A stretch of DNA of 64,000 nucleotides from Eledone cirrhosa (lineage: Eukaryota). The DNA lies in NCBI GenBank assembly GCA_964016885.1, contig OZ024743.1:151962001-152026000 (forward strand). Direction: 5' to 3'. Position numbers and translations under genes: made by a program. Below the pieces are notes generated by a model. It worked only from the letters and a program-made list of their open reading frames with translations, did not search any database and was not told where the DNA came from. Numbering within the stretch: position 1 is the stretch's first letter; each line of letters starts with the position of its first letter. Positions 40,450 through 52,950 of this stretch are shown here, piece after piece.

Positions 40450-40835
40450 TCAAAATTTGTGTCTTTATTGGGGGTTCACCAATTGTAAGTTTGGAGATGT
40501 AAGAGGTTATATGTCTGTGTGATTGTTGCTTGCAGTGTGATGTTGTAATCTCGATGTCACTTTTATCAATTCGTCAATCTGTGGGTTACTAGAGGTAAGT
40601 GATGTCATGGGAGTTTTCAAAGGTCCAATGAAATGGTGTGTTGTCGCATGGGATTCCAGTTAGATAAAAATTGGATCTTTTGATACAACTATGCCCTGAA
40701 GATTTCTGTCTTTGAGTTTAAACCCTGTAAGATCTTGAATTTCTTACTTAGGCAGAGCGAGCATTTTTTGCTTCCATTTTTATATGTTGTTGAGTTTTCA
40801 AGTGCTTTTTATGTTATATCATAAGGTATTCCCTT
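40450..40835 (-). mobile_element. PLE GIY-YIG C-terminal fragment plus 3' UTR
   Basis: Minus-strand translation IPYDIT*KALENSTTYKNGSKKCSLCLSKKFKILQGLNSKTEIFRA*LYQK..FLSNWNP. Confidence 0.7.
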
Positions 40836-43185
40836 ACTTTTAGCTGCCAGACCCTTTCATCAGTGTTGTAGTGAATATTCAGACTTCGACGAAATTCTAC
40901 GGATTATACCATAACCTGTATTGTACTGTATTGACTAAACTCCCTACCCTATACTTCAGGGCCTGTGTAACTCACACTGAATTCTCGGACTCGAACACAC
41001 ACTGATTCCATTTCCACATCTATATGCATTATCTGACTGCAACTTGAACTATATTGTATTTCTCCTGTGTTTTGATCTCTCCATTTACTCCACCACCACT
41101 CTTGTTTGTTTATTAAATATCTTTCTACCTTTGCTGTATTAATGTGCTTTTTCCACGTATTCTACTTCTATACATCCATGTACTTTTTACTCCTCTTATT
41201 CGGACTTTTACTCGCGTGTACCCATTAGCACACAACACTAGAATGTCTCCCCCTGGGAACAAAAATACTGCAACCTGAACTATATTGTATTTCTCCTATG
41301 TCTTGATTTCTCCATCTTACTCCACCACCACTCTTGTTTGTTTATTTATATCTTTCTACCTTTGCTTTATTAATGTGCTTTTCCACGTATTCTATTCTAT
41401 ATATCCATGTATTTCTACTCCTCTTATTGGGACTTTTATTCACTTGTACCCATTAGCACATGACACTAGAATGTCTCCCTCTGAGAACAAAAATAAATAT
41501 TACTCGACTATATCCCTTACTCTACATCCCACTAGGATAAATTATAGAGGATCTATATAATACAATTAAAGTTTCTTCATAAAAGACTCTCTCTTTAACT
41601 AAACCTCACAACCCAAAACCTTAAAAACGTTTTTAAATGTTTAATTTTCAATTTCCTAATTGTTCAATTCTCATTCTTCTTACTCTTTAATTTTATAATG
41701 TTATTCTGAATTTTTTCAACTTCATCCTATAAATCTAAACAATAATTTAACGTTCCAACTTTTCTGTCGGACTGTTGGGTTGGTTTTCCTGGCAGCAGGA
41801 CCGGCCTCCTGCCGCATAGGCCTACCTTGAGTGCTTGGAAAAATAAATTTCTCCTTCTTTCGGTAAATGAAACTACTCGGAGCGGCTTGATTTGCCCTAG
41901 GGGCCCGGCGTGCAGCTGGTTTTTTGACCGCCATATAGTACCTTTAAATTACAGATCTAATCATAACTATTAGTTGTATTACGCCTCCCTCTACTTAAGC
42001 AAATCCCCCTCCTGGGTAAATTAATAGTACTGGTTTTGTACAAGGATGGCCTAACAATGAGGGCTGACTTCCCGCTGGCACACCTGAAGCCTGTCATACA
42101 TTCCTAGAGTGCTCAGAAAAATTGATTTCCATATCTTTCGCTAGGCGATATCACTCGGAGTGGATGGGCTGCGTAAGTCTGTAGTCGCCGCATGCTGTTT
42201 GACTGCTAAACAAAGACATAATCTTTACTCTATAATACAATTTAAGTTTCTTTATAAAAGATTCTTTCTTTGCTTAAACCTCGCAACCAAAACCTTAAAA
42301 ATGTTAAACTTTTAACTTTCAATTTTCTAATTTCTTTAATTTTATAATGTTAATATTAAATATTAATTTTTTAACTTCATCCTAAAAATCTAAACAAAAA
42401 TGTAACGTTCCAATCTTCTGATCACACATTATAACATGCAGACTATATTTGCCTCTGTTAAGATACGGGTCCCTTAGAATAAATTTTTATTACGCTGACT
42501 TATCTTCCTCTCCCTTTTTGTTTTCCTCTATTTGACCGGTAGTAGCTGTTAAGATACGGGTCCCTTAGAATAAATTTTTTTCGCGCCATTCCTGACCTGA
42601 CTGTAGTTTGACATTAGTACCGACCTTTCTTCCTCTTTCTTTCTGTCTTTCTTCTTGTAGCTCGACATTAACCCTGACTTTTCTTCTTCTTCCTTCTCTT
42701 TCCCCTTCTTTCTGTCTCTTTTCTCTTGTGGCATGATATTAACGCTGACTTATCTTCCTCTCCCTTTCTGTTTTCCTCTATTTGACCGGTAGTAGCACAC
42801 TATAAGCTTTAGCCCCATCACTTGAGGGCGACCGGCAAAGGTGGAAGATGCTGGATGGCGGTCGTCCTCCGGTCTTTGATTTTCAGCCCCATGGATTTTA
42901 TCTATTACATTCATTTATTATATTTCGAATACCTGATGATATCACCGGATTCATACGGAACCCGGTCATTGAAATGATCATAGTATAATAAACCTTTCAA
43001 GGATTTACACAAGTCCAGCCTCCTGTCATTTCATTATAATATTTAACTCCGTACTAGCACCACCAACTACAAAAACGAAGACGGTTGAACTGCTTTACGT
43101 TGAATACTCTCCATATTATTACATTAAGATTGACCATACAGAATTGACCAGCTCTATCCAGTGGTGAACCTCAAACTTGAATATA
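40836..43185 (+). mobile_element. Unclassified composite repeat with internal duplications, ending in a hammerhead-bearing PLE-like end at (TA)n
   Basis: Tandem unit of about 232 bp (41036-41267 and 41268-41495), duplicated blocks 41557-41760 / 42230-42415 and 42490-42545 / 42740-42796, HHR at 42929. Confidence 0.55.
42929..42986 (+). ncRNA. Type I hammerhead ribozyme, base of stem II slightly decayed
   Basis: ATAC-CTGATGA-TATCACCGG(ATTCATACGGAAC)CCGGTCATT-GAAA-TGATCA-TA-GTAT. Confidence 0.75.
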
Positions 43186-43745
43186 TATATATATTGTAAT
43201 AATAATATAGAGATAAAAATCATTCCATTGAAATTTTGAATAATGGAACTGATATACAGCAATCAAATATCTATCAAGTCAGAAAAAAAGTTTGCTTAAC
43301 AAAACCCTCGTATGACAAACATGCTACAGATACATGCAGAATCACAAACATTCACACACACATTTACACAAATATGAGTGCACATATGCCTGTTTATATA
43401 TGCACACATGCATTAACACACATTTATATCTATTATAAATATATAAAAATTAATTCGAAAAGCTTCAAATATTCCTTTGGGACTCTGCAATATTGTGAAG
43501 CTGATGCAGTTTTCTAAAAGAGTTATGATTCCTTCGACAGTTAATTGTAAATAGCAGTCTTAATATTCACTTGTCAAACGGTCAGAAAATATAGAACATG
43601 AAGCCTACAAGGATTTTACAAAAATCTGGAAATACATAATGTTATGGTATGACAATGAAACAGACAAATATTCAATTCAATCATTATTATAAATTTTTGA
43701 AATAATAATTCAGATACAAAACAAAATATCATTTGAGAAACCAAA

Positions 43746-43746
<1 letters not shown>

Positions 43747-43812
<66 letters not shown>

Positions 43813-43837
43813 TGTGTGGGTGTGTGTGGGTGTGTGT

Positions 43838-43923
<86 letters not shown>
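43747..43923. repeat. (TG)n microsatellite with TGGG interruptions
   Basis: Direct inspection. Confidence 0.97.
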
Positions 43924-43927
<4 letters not shown>

Positions 43928-45190
43928 CAAAACCCAGGATAATTCATAATTTATAAAATAATATTTTTATTTATCTTCAATATGCTAAATATATTCTGAA
44001 TGTATATAAATTCATGAAATGTATGTAAATGTGTAGCAGAACACTTGTGTGCTATAATTTCTGTTTGTATGTCTGTAAAAAATGGATACTTAAGGAAGGT
44101 ATATATATGTTTGTTTTAATAATTACACATAATAACTCAAGACAGAAAGCAAAGGATAACAGAACACTAGAAATCACAGGAAAAAGGAATCTTTTATGAA
44201 TTTATCACATAAGAAGCAATAAATAAATGAAAATAAAAAGCAAACAAAATCAATAATTTATTAGTGAGCAAAGAACAAGCAAACAGAATCATAAGAGTTA
44301 ATGCAAAGGAAATAAATGAAACATTAGGAAATGATACAGTCATTTTTATAAGTTTCCAACAAGAATTTGTGCAGTCTAACTAAAAAAAAAAAATGCAATA
44401 TATCTATTTAACTGTTACAGTTAAATAATTTCACTGTAAATTATGGAAGTAGCAGGCAAAGCCATACTAGTTATCAAAAATTGTATAAAAACAAAGAAAA
44501 ACCATTTATGAAATAATCACTTATAAATTTCTGTCTGTCATATGTAGTGCATTTTTCTGTAGTAGCAACTGAAACTAAAAATTATATAACACTATAAACT
44601 GATCAGTCGCTTATTTAGAATACATAAATATCTATGGAAATATTTATCTGCTTTTTACCAGACAAGTCACATTCAATGTTTTAATCAGAATCTATAGATT
44701 GTCTACCAGATCAACCACAGCCCTGTTCGTGGCTGTAAAGCATTTATTTGAACAATTTTTACTGTTCAGTGCTTACATATAAATATAAGGACTTATTTTA
44801 GCTAGCAAGCAACATCTAAAATCTAAGGTTTTAAGAATCTTTTAATAGTGTAAATACAAATATTACATATTTCAAGGAAGTGCAACTGAATCAGCTCCAG
44901 AATTACATTAAAAAAACCTTAAAATTACAGCAACCCTATTATTATGCTACAAGCAACTTCTTTCTATAAAATACATATAATTCCTTTCTTCAAAAATTGC
45001 TGTCTTGTGTTTCATCCATACTTAAATCTAACAATCTTGTGCTCTTTTATTTTTGTGTTCTTTTTCACTAGATTTTATGAGACTGCCATCCTGTAAAAGG
45101 TTATTTTCTTATAACTCATTCCTGTATTGCACTCTTGTCAAAGTAGTGAAACTCCATAATAGCCACACAAATCAGACTTATTCCTCTCAC

Positions 45191-45226
45191 CTTTCTGACA
45201 GAAAAGAAACCCTACAGACTGATTTC
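45191..45226 (-). CDS. Candidate 36-nt exon of an unidentified host gene
   Basis: Acceptor ttttttacaccatttcag, donor AAG|gtgaga; open in phase 1 (GNQSVGFLFCQK) and phase 2. Confidence 0.25.
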
Positions 45227-46164
45227 CTGAAATGGTGTAAAAAAATATATTTACTTCAAAGTGAATATGCTAAGAAGATACTGCATGTAATGTATAGATT
45301 TGATTTAATTGAAAATAGACTTGTTGTTGTAGTTGCTACATATTACAACTGTACAACTGTTAAATATTACATGGACAAGCAAACCACTTAAAGTGTATTG
45401 CAGAGATGAGAAAACTGAGCTAAAATATTAAGTACATTCTTTGTTGGAATCAACATAAAATGTAGAAACAAATATCTATTTAAAAATTTCAATATTGTTA
45501 AAATACAAACACAGGAAAAATGCATAGATGCATTTGCAACAAGAATATTACTTCACTAAATCTGAAATAATTCATTTTGATTTATTGAAGTACAATTTCA
45601 ACAAGTACATCTCTTATCTATATTACTTTCTAATAATCAGTTTTGAAATAACATTTGGTAACATTTCTAATGTAATACACTGTATGCTGTTATGTTTGTT
45701 ACTTACTTTGCTTCTTACATATGTACACAACATTTATAAAGTTTTACAAATAAAATATTTGCAAAATGTCTAATATGAGGAGAACATGAACATTTTCAGG
45801 AAAAGAAATTATATTTTTAACACAAAGTAGTAGTAAGTGTATTAGATTTGTACTTAAATTGTATAGCTTAAATGATTTAGTATATTATTTTATCAAAATC
45901 ATCTAAAATAAATATGAAGCAGCAAGGCAAATTCAACATAATTTTCCATTACAGCCAAAAGCTACTCAGCAAACTTATTACTGTATTTAGAATTAGAATA
46001 TTATATAAAATCTAAGTATTATGACAACAAACAAAAATAGCTATAACTAATATATTGACCAAAGATTGTTATTCATTGTAAACCAAGATATTTATTTTGC
46101 ATATCTCACATGCAGTCCTTGTGAATTGCTTCTATACCATAGGTTCCACAACAAAATCAATTTG

Positions 46165-46590
46165 CAGATATGTGAAGGCTAGAAAGATATGATACAAGCA
46201 TGCTTCAATGGATGTATAATGTTCATATGCATAAGCAGCAAATCCTTGGATGGACTGAAAGAAAAGCTGAGCATAAGAGAAATCAAATGTAATGTGCAAG
46301 ATAGAATACTACACTGGTATGAACAGGTGATGTGTATGGATGATGATTGTTCGGTAAAGATGTGTCATAACTTCCCAGTAGAAGGAAGCTGCAGTAGAAG
46401 AAAAGCTGCAGTAGAAGAAAAGCTGTAGTAAAGGAAGACGTTGGGAGAAGTAGTGAGAGCAGAACTCTGAATGCTAAATTTGGCTGAGGAGATGACAAAG
46501 GAACACAGTAGGAGAAAAGATGTGCTGAAAAAGACCCATCCAACCCATGCAAGCATGGAAAAGTGCATGTAAAAGGATTAGGATATGGAT
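46165..46590 (+). mobile_element. Degraded RTE LINE 3' end
   Basis: RILHWYEQVMCMDDD; tail GACCCATCCAACCCATGCAAGCATGGAAAAG. Confidence 0.8.
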
Positions 46591-47339
46591 AATGATGGCT
46601 ACATAATCACCATCATCATTTTTCTGACTATGTTTTATGCTGATATTTGTTGGATTAATCATTATGGGTGCTGGATGTACTGGGTGCATTTTACCATGGC
46701 AGCAGTATTTGAGAAGTTTTCATGTTTTTGACAAGACTAAAGATTTCTCTCTGCTCGTCAATTGACAACCACTTTATAGAGCATACTTGATTGCATTTTA
46801 TATTATCACCAATACTAAAGAGCTCCCTAAGTAGCCTAGTCTCCTGCAAGGTTGCTTTCACTTTACGTAGTCTCTATTCTTTCAAGGCAAATGGAAGAGG
46901 TGTGATGACCAAAGATGTTGAAAGAGGAGAGAGAATATAAATTTGAATGTGAAAGGTAAAAAATAATGTGAGATGGCAGAGAACGGAGAGGGAGGATGGC
47001 AAAGAAGAGAGAGGGGTCAGAGGTAGCTATATAGTTTGAGTAGGAAACAAGATGAGTAACATGAGAGTTTAGTAATGGGGATATGGTGTATGTAATCTGT
47101 ACAAAAAATAAAAATACTTAAGTTCAAGAGTCAACTTGATAGCTGAAATAGATAATACTAAAGATTGTTCAAATACTCCTCCTGCCCTAGCAATAGATGC
47201 TCAAAAACCAGCTATATAAAGCAGTTATAACTATTTCAATATGATTCTAAAATTACTGTTTTTTCAACACAAAAAGCACATACACTTGACAGAATTTTAA
47301 CAGGCCAACCATTTAGACATGTAAATATCTTGTAAAAAA

Positions 47340-48097
47340 AACTAGTGCATTTGGAGCAAAAAGTGAACCAGTTGGAAATTTGTCAGTATTTGCTAGAAAG
47401 TCACAAAAGTGAGCCAAATTTCTTGGATAAAGTAATAACAGGAAATGAATCATCAGTGTTCGGGTACAATACAGAGGCAAAATGGCAAAGTGAGGAGTGG
47501 TACACAAACATTTCTCCTCCTCTAAAGAAAGCACCCATTAGCAAATCTAGGGTGAAAACTATGATATCATTTTTTTTCGACAGCCGTTGTATTGTTCCCA
47601 AAGAATTTTTACCTCCAGGACAGACAATTAATTCCACCTTCTATGGAAATGTCTTATGACAATGACTTTAAAACAGGTCCAGCGAGTCTGAAAGGACATT
47701 GCAGGAGATTGGGTACTGCACCACAATAATGCACTTGCTCACATAGAACTTTCAATTAGAGAATTTCTATCGAAGGAAAACATTCTCCCTCTTCCACATC
47801 CTACTTACAGCCCAGACCTAGCTCTGTGTGATTTCTACGTCTTCCCTAATTTGAAATTGAAGCTGAAGCGTCATCATTTTGGGACTGTGGTAAACATACA
47901 AAAAAATATAACCGACGAGCTAAGAGCACTCACTAAAAATTACTTCTGGTACTGCTACAATCAATGGAAAAAACGTAGGAACCACTGTTTGACTTTCCAA
48001 GGGTCGTATTTTGAAGGAGATAACTTGTAATTTCATGAACATCTAACATACATTTAAATAAAACATCAGTACGCTTACTTTTGTGACAAACCTTGTA
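47340..48097 (+). mobile_element. mariner transposon remnant (3' half plus right TIR)
   Basis: FLDKVITGNES..Y....K.QS.EW, VLHHNNA, HPTYSPDLALCDF..FP.LK, YFEGD*. The TIR-like end TTACTTTTGTGACAAACCTTG is followed by TA. Confidence 0.93.
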
Positions 48098-49785
48098 TAT
48101 CAACTTCCACATGTATCAATTAGAATATTCTACCAGTCAATAAAGCTGTCTCTCCATAATTACTTGACCTACTAGGATACTCATCCACAAATCATCACCT
48201 ACTATCTTTAAAAAATGAAGGACATATTAACAAGTGTAGTCTGCAAAAATAGCCCAGGGTGGTCACATATGGTATGCTTTTGATAACAACAACAGCATAA
48301 AAAGATGCTGGAACATTAAACATGCTGGAATATCAAACTATGTAAGGTATAGACAATATTTATATCAAGTGTTATATCAGCAAGGAAGAGCATTACTCAG
48401 AACCTTTATAAAGTTCTTCTACGTGAAGGTTAAGTTAGTGCAATTCATGTTTACTTTGGTTTGTCATCAGTTGTAGGAGACACAATGGCAGGCAATGATT
48501 TCTATAGAAATGCAATTTGGACAAGGAAGGATAGGAGAATATGCATAATATGTTGTCTAAAGATTGAGAAAAAAAGGTGAGTGCATTAAGTAAAGGTGAG
48601 TGCATTAAATAAAGTTAAGTGCAGTTGGAGGAATAGCTTTATATTTTAATTATAGTTGATTCAGGAAATTGGATTTTGTTTTAAAGATTTAAATCTTTTT
48701 TACAGAGAAACAATATTAAAAATATGACTAACGACGAAAATAGATATTAATGTATTTTGAAAAAAATAGTTGTTAGATGTCAAAGTTGAACTGCAAACAC
48801 CTGAACTTAGTAAAATGATATACTTAATCTTTTTATGGTTTAGTCAGGAGAGACAGAACAGTATCCATGATGCCTCTGAAATTCTTGCAACACTGGTGGC
48901 AAAAAAGAATCTTACTATCCATATACTTGAAACTGGGCTAAAGATGTCCACATGTCAGGTAAGGATGATAAACTGGTCAATAAATTAAGTATACCACCTA
49001 AATAGATTCTCTAAACTATAAGAATTTATTTGTACAAGAATAATGTTGATGTGTACAAGAATAATGTTCATTTTAATCAACAGGGTATATTTAAGCTAGA
49101 TAATCTTAAAATATAATTTCTCATTTTCTAATGATGAAATTGTAATTAGTTAACCATTGTTAATCATTCCAACAAATACAATCCTCATAATTTACACTGA
49201 AATGCATTGATTTAAAATTTTATAACTTCTGAGTTTAACCTTTATGAAGACTATTATAACTATGTTTAGATTTTTATTGAAAGCTCTGCAACGAATTTTC
49301 GAATGAATTTAACATATAATTTAAAATTTTAATGAATTTAATATATAATTAAAAATTTTATATAATTTAAAAATCAAAGCAAAATAACCAATATTATCAT
49401 TTCTTTCACTAATTAATGTTAACTAGACAAAAATATTGACACATTTTTAAATGTGGCTTTAAAATCCTGTTATTTAACACTATGGAATTCTCATATTATT
49501 CATCCATGATGGAATGGCTGGCTTTTTCAGGTTTGTAAATATAAAATATTTATCTACCTTCCTTCTATCAGCTCTTTATAATGTAAACTTCCATAACCAC
49601 ACATACCTTCTAAACTTTCTTCATTCTTCTGATCACATGTCATTTTCCTAAAACTCTTAAACTGAAAACCAGCCTATAACAGTGTAATGTACTTGCATCC
49701 AAATACTGACACAGAGTGTTGCCAACCAACTAAGGAAATGCATCTGTCAAAAGTCTTACTACATTATGTTAATTTACCTTAGAAG

Positions 49786-49969
49786 GGTGGTGGATTGGCA
49801 GTATCGGTAGAGGGTCGGACGCCATACTTTCCAGCATAGTTACGTCCCTTTACGATCTGAGTTCAAATCCCGCCGAGGTTGACTTTGCCTTTCATCCTTA
49901 CGGGGTCGATAAAATAAAGTACCAGTAATGCACTGGGTAATTGCTGGCCTTGTGCCTAAAGTAGAAACA
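49786..49969 (+). mobile_element. Young tRNA-derived SINE (Nin-like central domain) with an 18-bp TSD
   Basis: A-box TGGCAGTATCGG, B-box GAGTTCAAATCC, GCCTTTCATCCTTACGGGGTCGATAAAATAAAGTACC. TSD GTTAATTTACCTTAGAAG at 49768-49785 and 49970-49987. Confidence 0.92.
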
Positions 49970-51569
49970 GTTAATTTACCTTAGAAGAATCATGAAAACA
50001 GATTCTAGAACTTTAGTTTAAAAGCCGAGACTAAAACTCTTGATAGCAGCCCAAGCAAATGTCACAATAACTAGTTGAACACTTTTAATACTAAACTGCC
50101 TGTAAATTATCCTAATTATACAATATATGTTTTATAAAAAAAACTTTCCATCATAATTTTATGTAAGAACCTTTGTTATATTCCAAACACTAGCTTAATC
50201 ATGAGAAGGTTGATTATATTACATCATTTCAACCTTTTGTTTACTTTTAACATTATTTGAAAATCATAGGCAGAGTCTTTCCTTAGAAATATGGTAATGA
50301 AAGGGTTAAAAACAACCTCTGGTGACTGTAAACTGTGAGGAAATAAAAAAACAAACTATTAACAAAACTGTCTTGAGTTGACATCTTGGTAAGATACAAG
50401 TGAGTTAAAAAAGCACAAAAAGCTGTATTTACAGTCAATGTTACAAGGGAGAAGATATTATAAACAGGCAAAGAAAAATTGGGTACATGCTTGGATATTT
50501 TAACAGTATGATATCCTCTTGCAATAAACGAAGAGGCTAACTATAAAAAATTGAAATAAATATCTAGAATTTTCATCATCATACTTTCAATATTATATTG
50601 ATCTGAGTTGATAGAGGCTGCCATACATCATTTCAATATGTGCATTAATCCTGCACCATCCCATCAGTGAACCCAATTGTTCTGGAATCTGACCTTATCC
50701 ATTTTTCATCAGAGGTGATGAATATTTATGCATGTGATTATATGAAAAAAACATACCCTGCTGTAGTGATGATTAAATCTCATTCTCCTTGATATGTTTT
50801 ATTTTATTCATTTTCAAAATATACTTATATTTAATACATAGTACATCTATGCAAATATACACAGATAAACACATGCAACATTTCAAACTGAAGCAAAATG
50901 TTAATTACACATATATGCCCACACAGATACACACATTAAATCTAGCTGCCTTGACATTCAATAAGGCAATGTAAATCCATACTTATCGATTCTGCTACCT
51001 TTATATACAATGTATTTTGTATTTCAGTGTTAATATTTATAAACCTTGAAAATTTAATGCATTATTTTAGAGTGAAAATATATACATCACTTTTGCTTGT
51101 CTGCAAATACATTATCATAAACTGGAAGTGGAATAAGGAAGCTGCAAAGTGGAATTATGTAGAGGTTCAGGTAAAGAATGGAATAATGCTGTATAAGAGA
51201 GATTGGATTGATGATAGTGCAGTAGCAATAACAACGAATACTAAGTAAAAATAGAAAGTCAACAGATATAAAATTGTGGAAGGCAATTTCATTTGAGGGA
51301 GAATGAATTTGGAGAAATTTTAAACTTTGGCAAGTGTAATAAAACACTTGATAAAAGGTATTATTGCTTCAAAACTTTCTAAACGAACAGAGTATTTTGA
51401 CTGTGATCTGGGTAAGAAACATATGAGAAGAAGTATGATGTTTAAGGCTGCACAAGTACTCTTCAAAGGGACGTCTATAAAACAACATATGTTATATCAT
51501 ATAATTTGTAACAATTTATGTTATAGTTGTGTATTCTTAGTTTATTAAAGTATATTTACGTGAAAATTT

Positions 51570-52950
51570 TTCTTCTTCTTCTTCTTCTTCTTCTTCTTCT
51601 TCTTCTTCTTCTTCTTCTTCTTCTAGAAGGTCATTGAGGCAAGGTCTCTAAACACGATGTCCAGTTGGTTCTGCTGGAAGTAACTGTTTCCAATTGATCT
51701 GACTCAATCCCCAAGTGACATCAGCTAAGCTCAAGGATGTTATCCAACCATCTTGCTCAAGATCTACCCCTGGGTCACCTGTTGGTTGGTTTTGGCCATA
51801 AAATCTGTCCAGTGATTCTTTACTGAGATGTTTGAACCACATCCACATTGTATCGGAACTGTGATCTCTCAATTCAGAGAAGTAGTGGCTCTACTGGAGT
51901 AACTCTCTGATCTCTGAGCTACATACTCTATCGAATAATATTACTCTAAAGACGTTTTGGAAGAACCCTATTTCTGATGCTTGTATTCACGATCGTATCC
52001 TTTTGGTCATTACACAAAATTCATGACAATAGGTAAGGGTTGGCATGAATACCAAACTGAAGTAGCGAGTTTGGTTTTTACACCTACTTCACTTCTGATT
52101 ACTGCACCAGCTTCTGCAATTCTTGCACTTAATTCAGCTTCCTGCCATCCTGAGATACTTGAACTTCTCTACCTACATCAGTGGAACTCCATTCACATGT
52201 AGTACACACTGTGCAGGCTCCCTTGAGAGGATGAGTATCTCAGTGTTTTGCAGCACTGATTTTCATTCCAGCCATCCAGCACTCAACATCAAACCTATTG
52301 AGTGCAAGTCGAAGATCATGTTCTCTCGAGTTAAGTAACACCATGTCTGCAAATTCTATCTCACTCATTTTACCCCTTTGGCAGAGTTCAACTCCCACAT
52401 TGAATGGTTTTGATTTAACACAAGTTATCCAAATACAAATACTCGGAGCAGCAAGAAGCTGACCATCAATCCCATACTCCTGCATAACCTTTCAGAGCCA
52501 TTCATGAGAAATGTGGTAATATGCCTTTTCAAGGTCTACAAAACAAGAATATACCTCTTGCCAAAACTCCCACGATTTCTCAAAGACATGCCACAGTGTG
52601 AATATTTGGTCAACTGTGCTGTGTCTGGGGTGGAAATAGCACTGTTCATCAGCTAGCTTGGATTTGACAATCTCCCTGCATCTCTTTGCCAGACAATTAG
52701 CATAGACTTTACAGATCCCTCTGTAAATAGAACAATCTCTCTTGTCTCCCTTTTTGAAAATTGTGATTATCCCTCCCAATTGCCATTGCTTAGGTGCCTT
52801 TCCAGGGATCCAGGCAATCCAGCACACATGAGTTAGCCAGAGAATACCTACTCTATTTAAGGCTTTTAACATCTCAGGATGGATTTCATATTTCCAGTGG
52901 CCTTGCCACTTTTGAGCTCTTTAATTTCTCATGTGACCTCAACTTCCGAG
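51570..52950 (-). mobile_element. Degraded RTE-like LINE (distinct family) with an (AAG)n tail
   Basis: IFKKGDKRDCSIYRGI, STVDQIFTL, CFVDLEKAY, FADMVLL, GMKIS..K; (CTT)n at 51570-51623. Confidence 0.88.

Noticed and set aside
40836-40870. Minus-strand CTGATGA-AAGGGTCTGGCAGCT-AAAA
   Set aside because: GAAA is mutated and the 3' half of stem I is absent; at most a truncated relic, so not called as a ribozyme.
41722-41934. 70-aa basic ORF (MAVKKPAARR...)
   Set aside because: Lies inside a repeat, runs into a duplicated AT-rich block, and has no recognisable domain.
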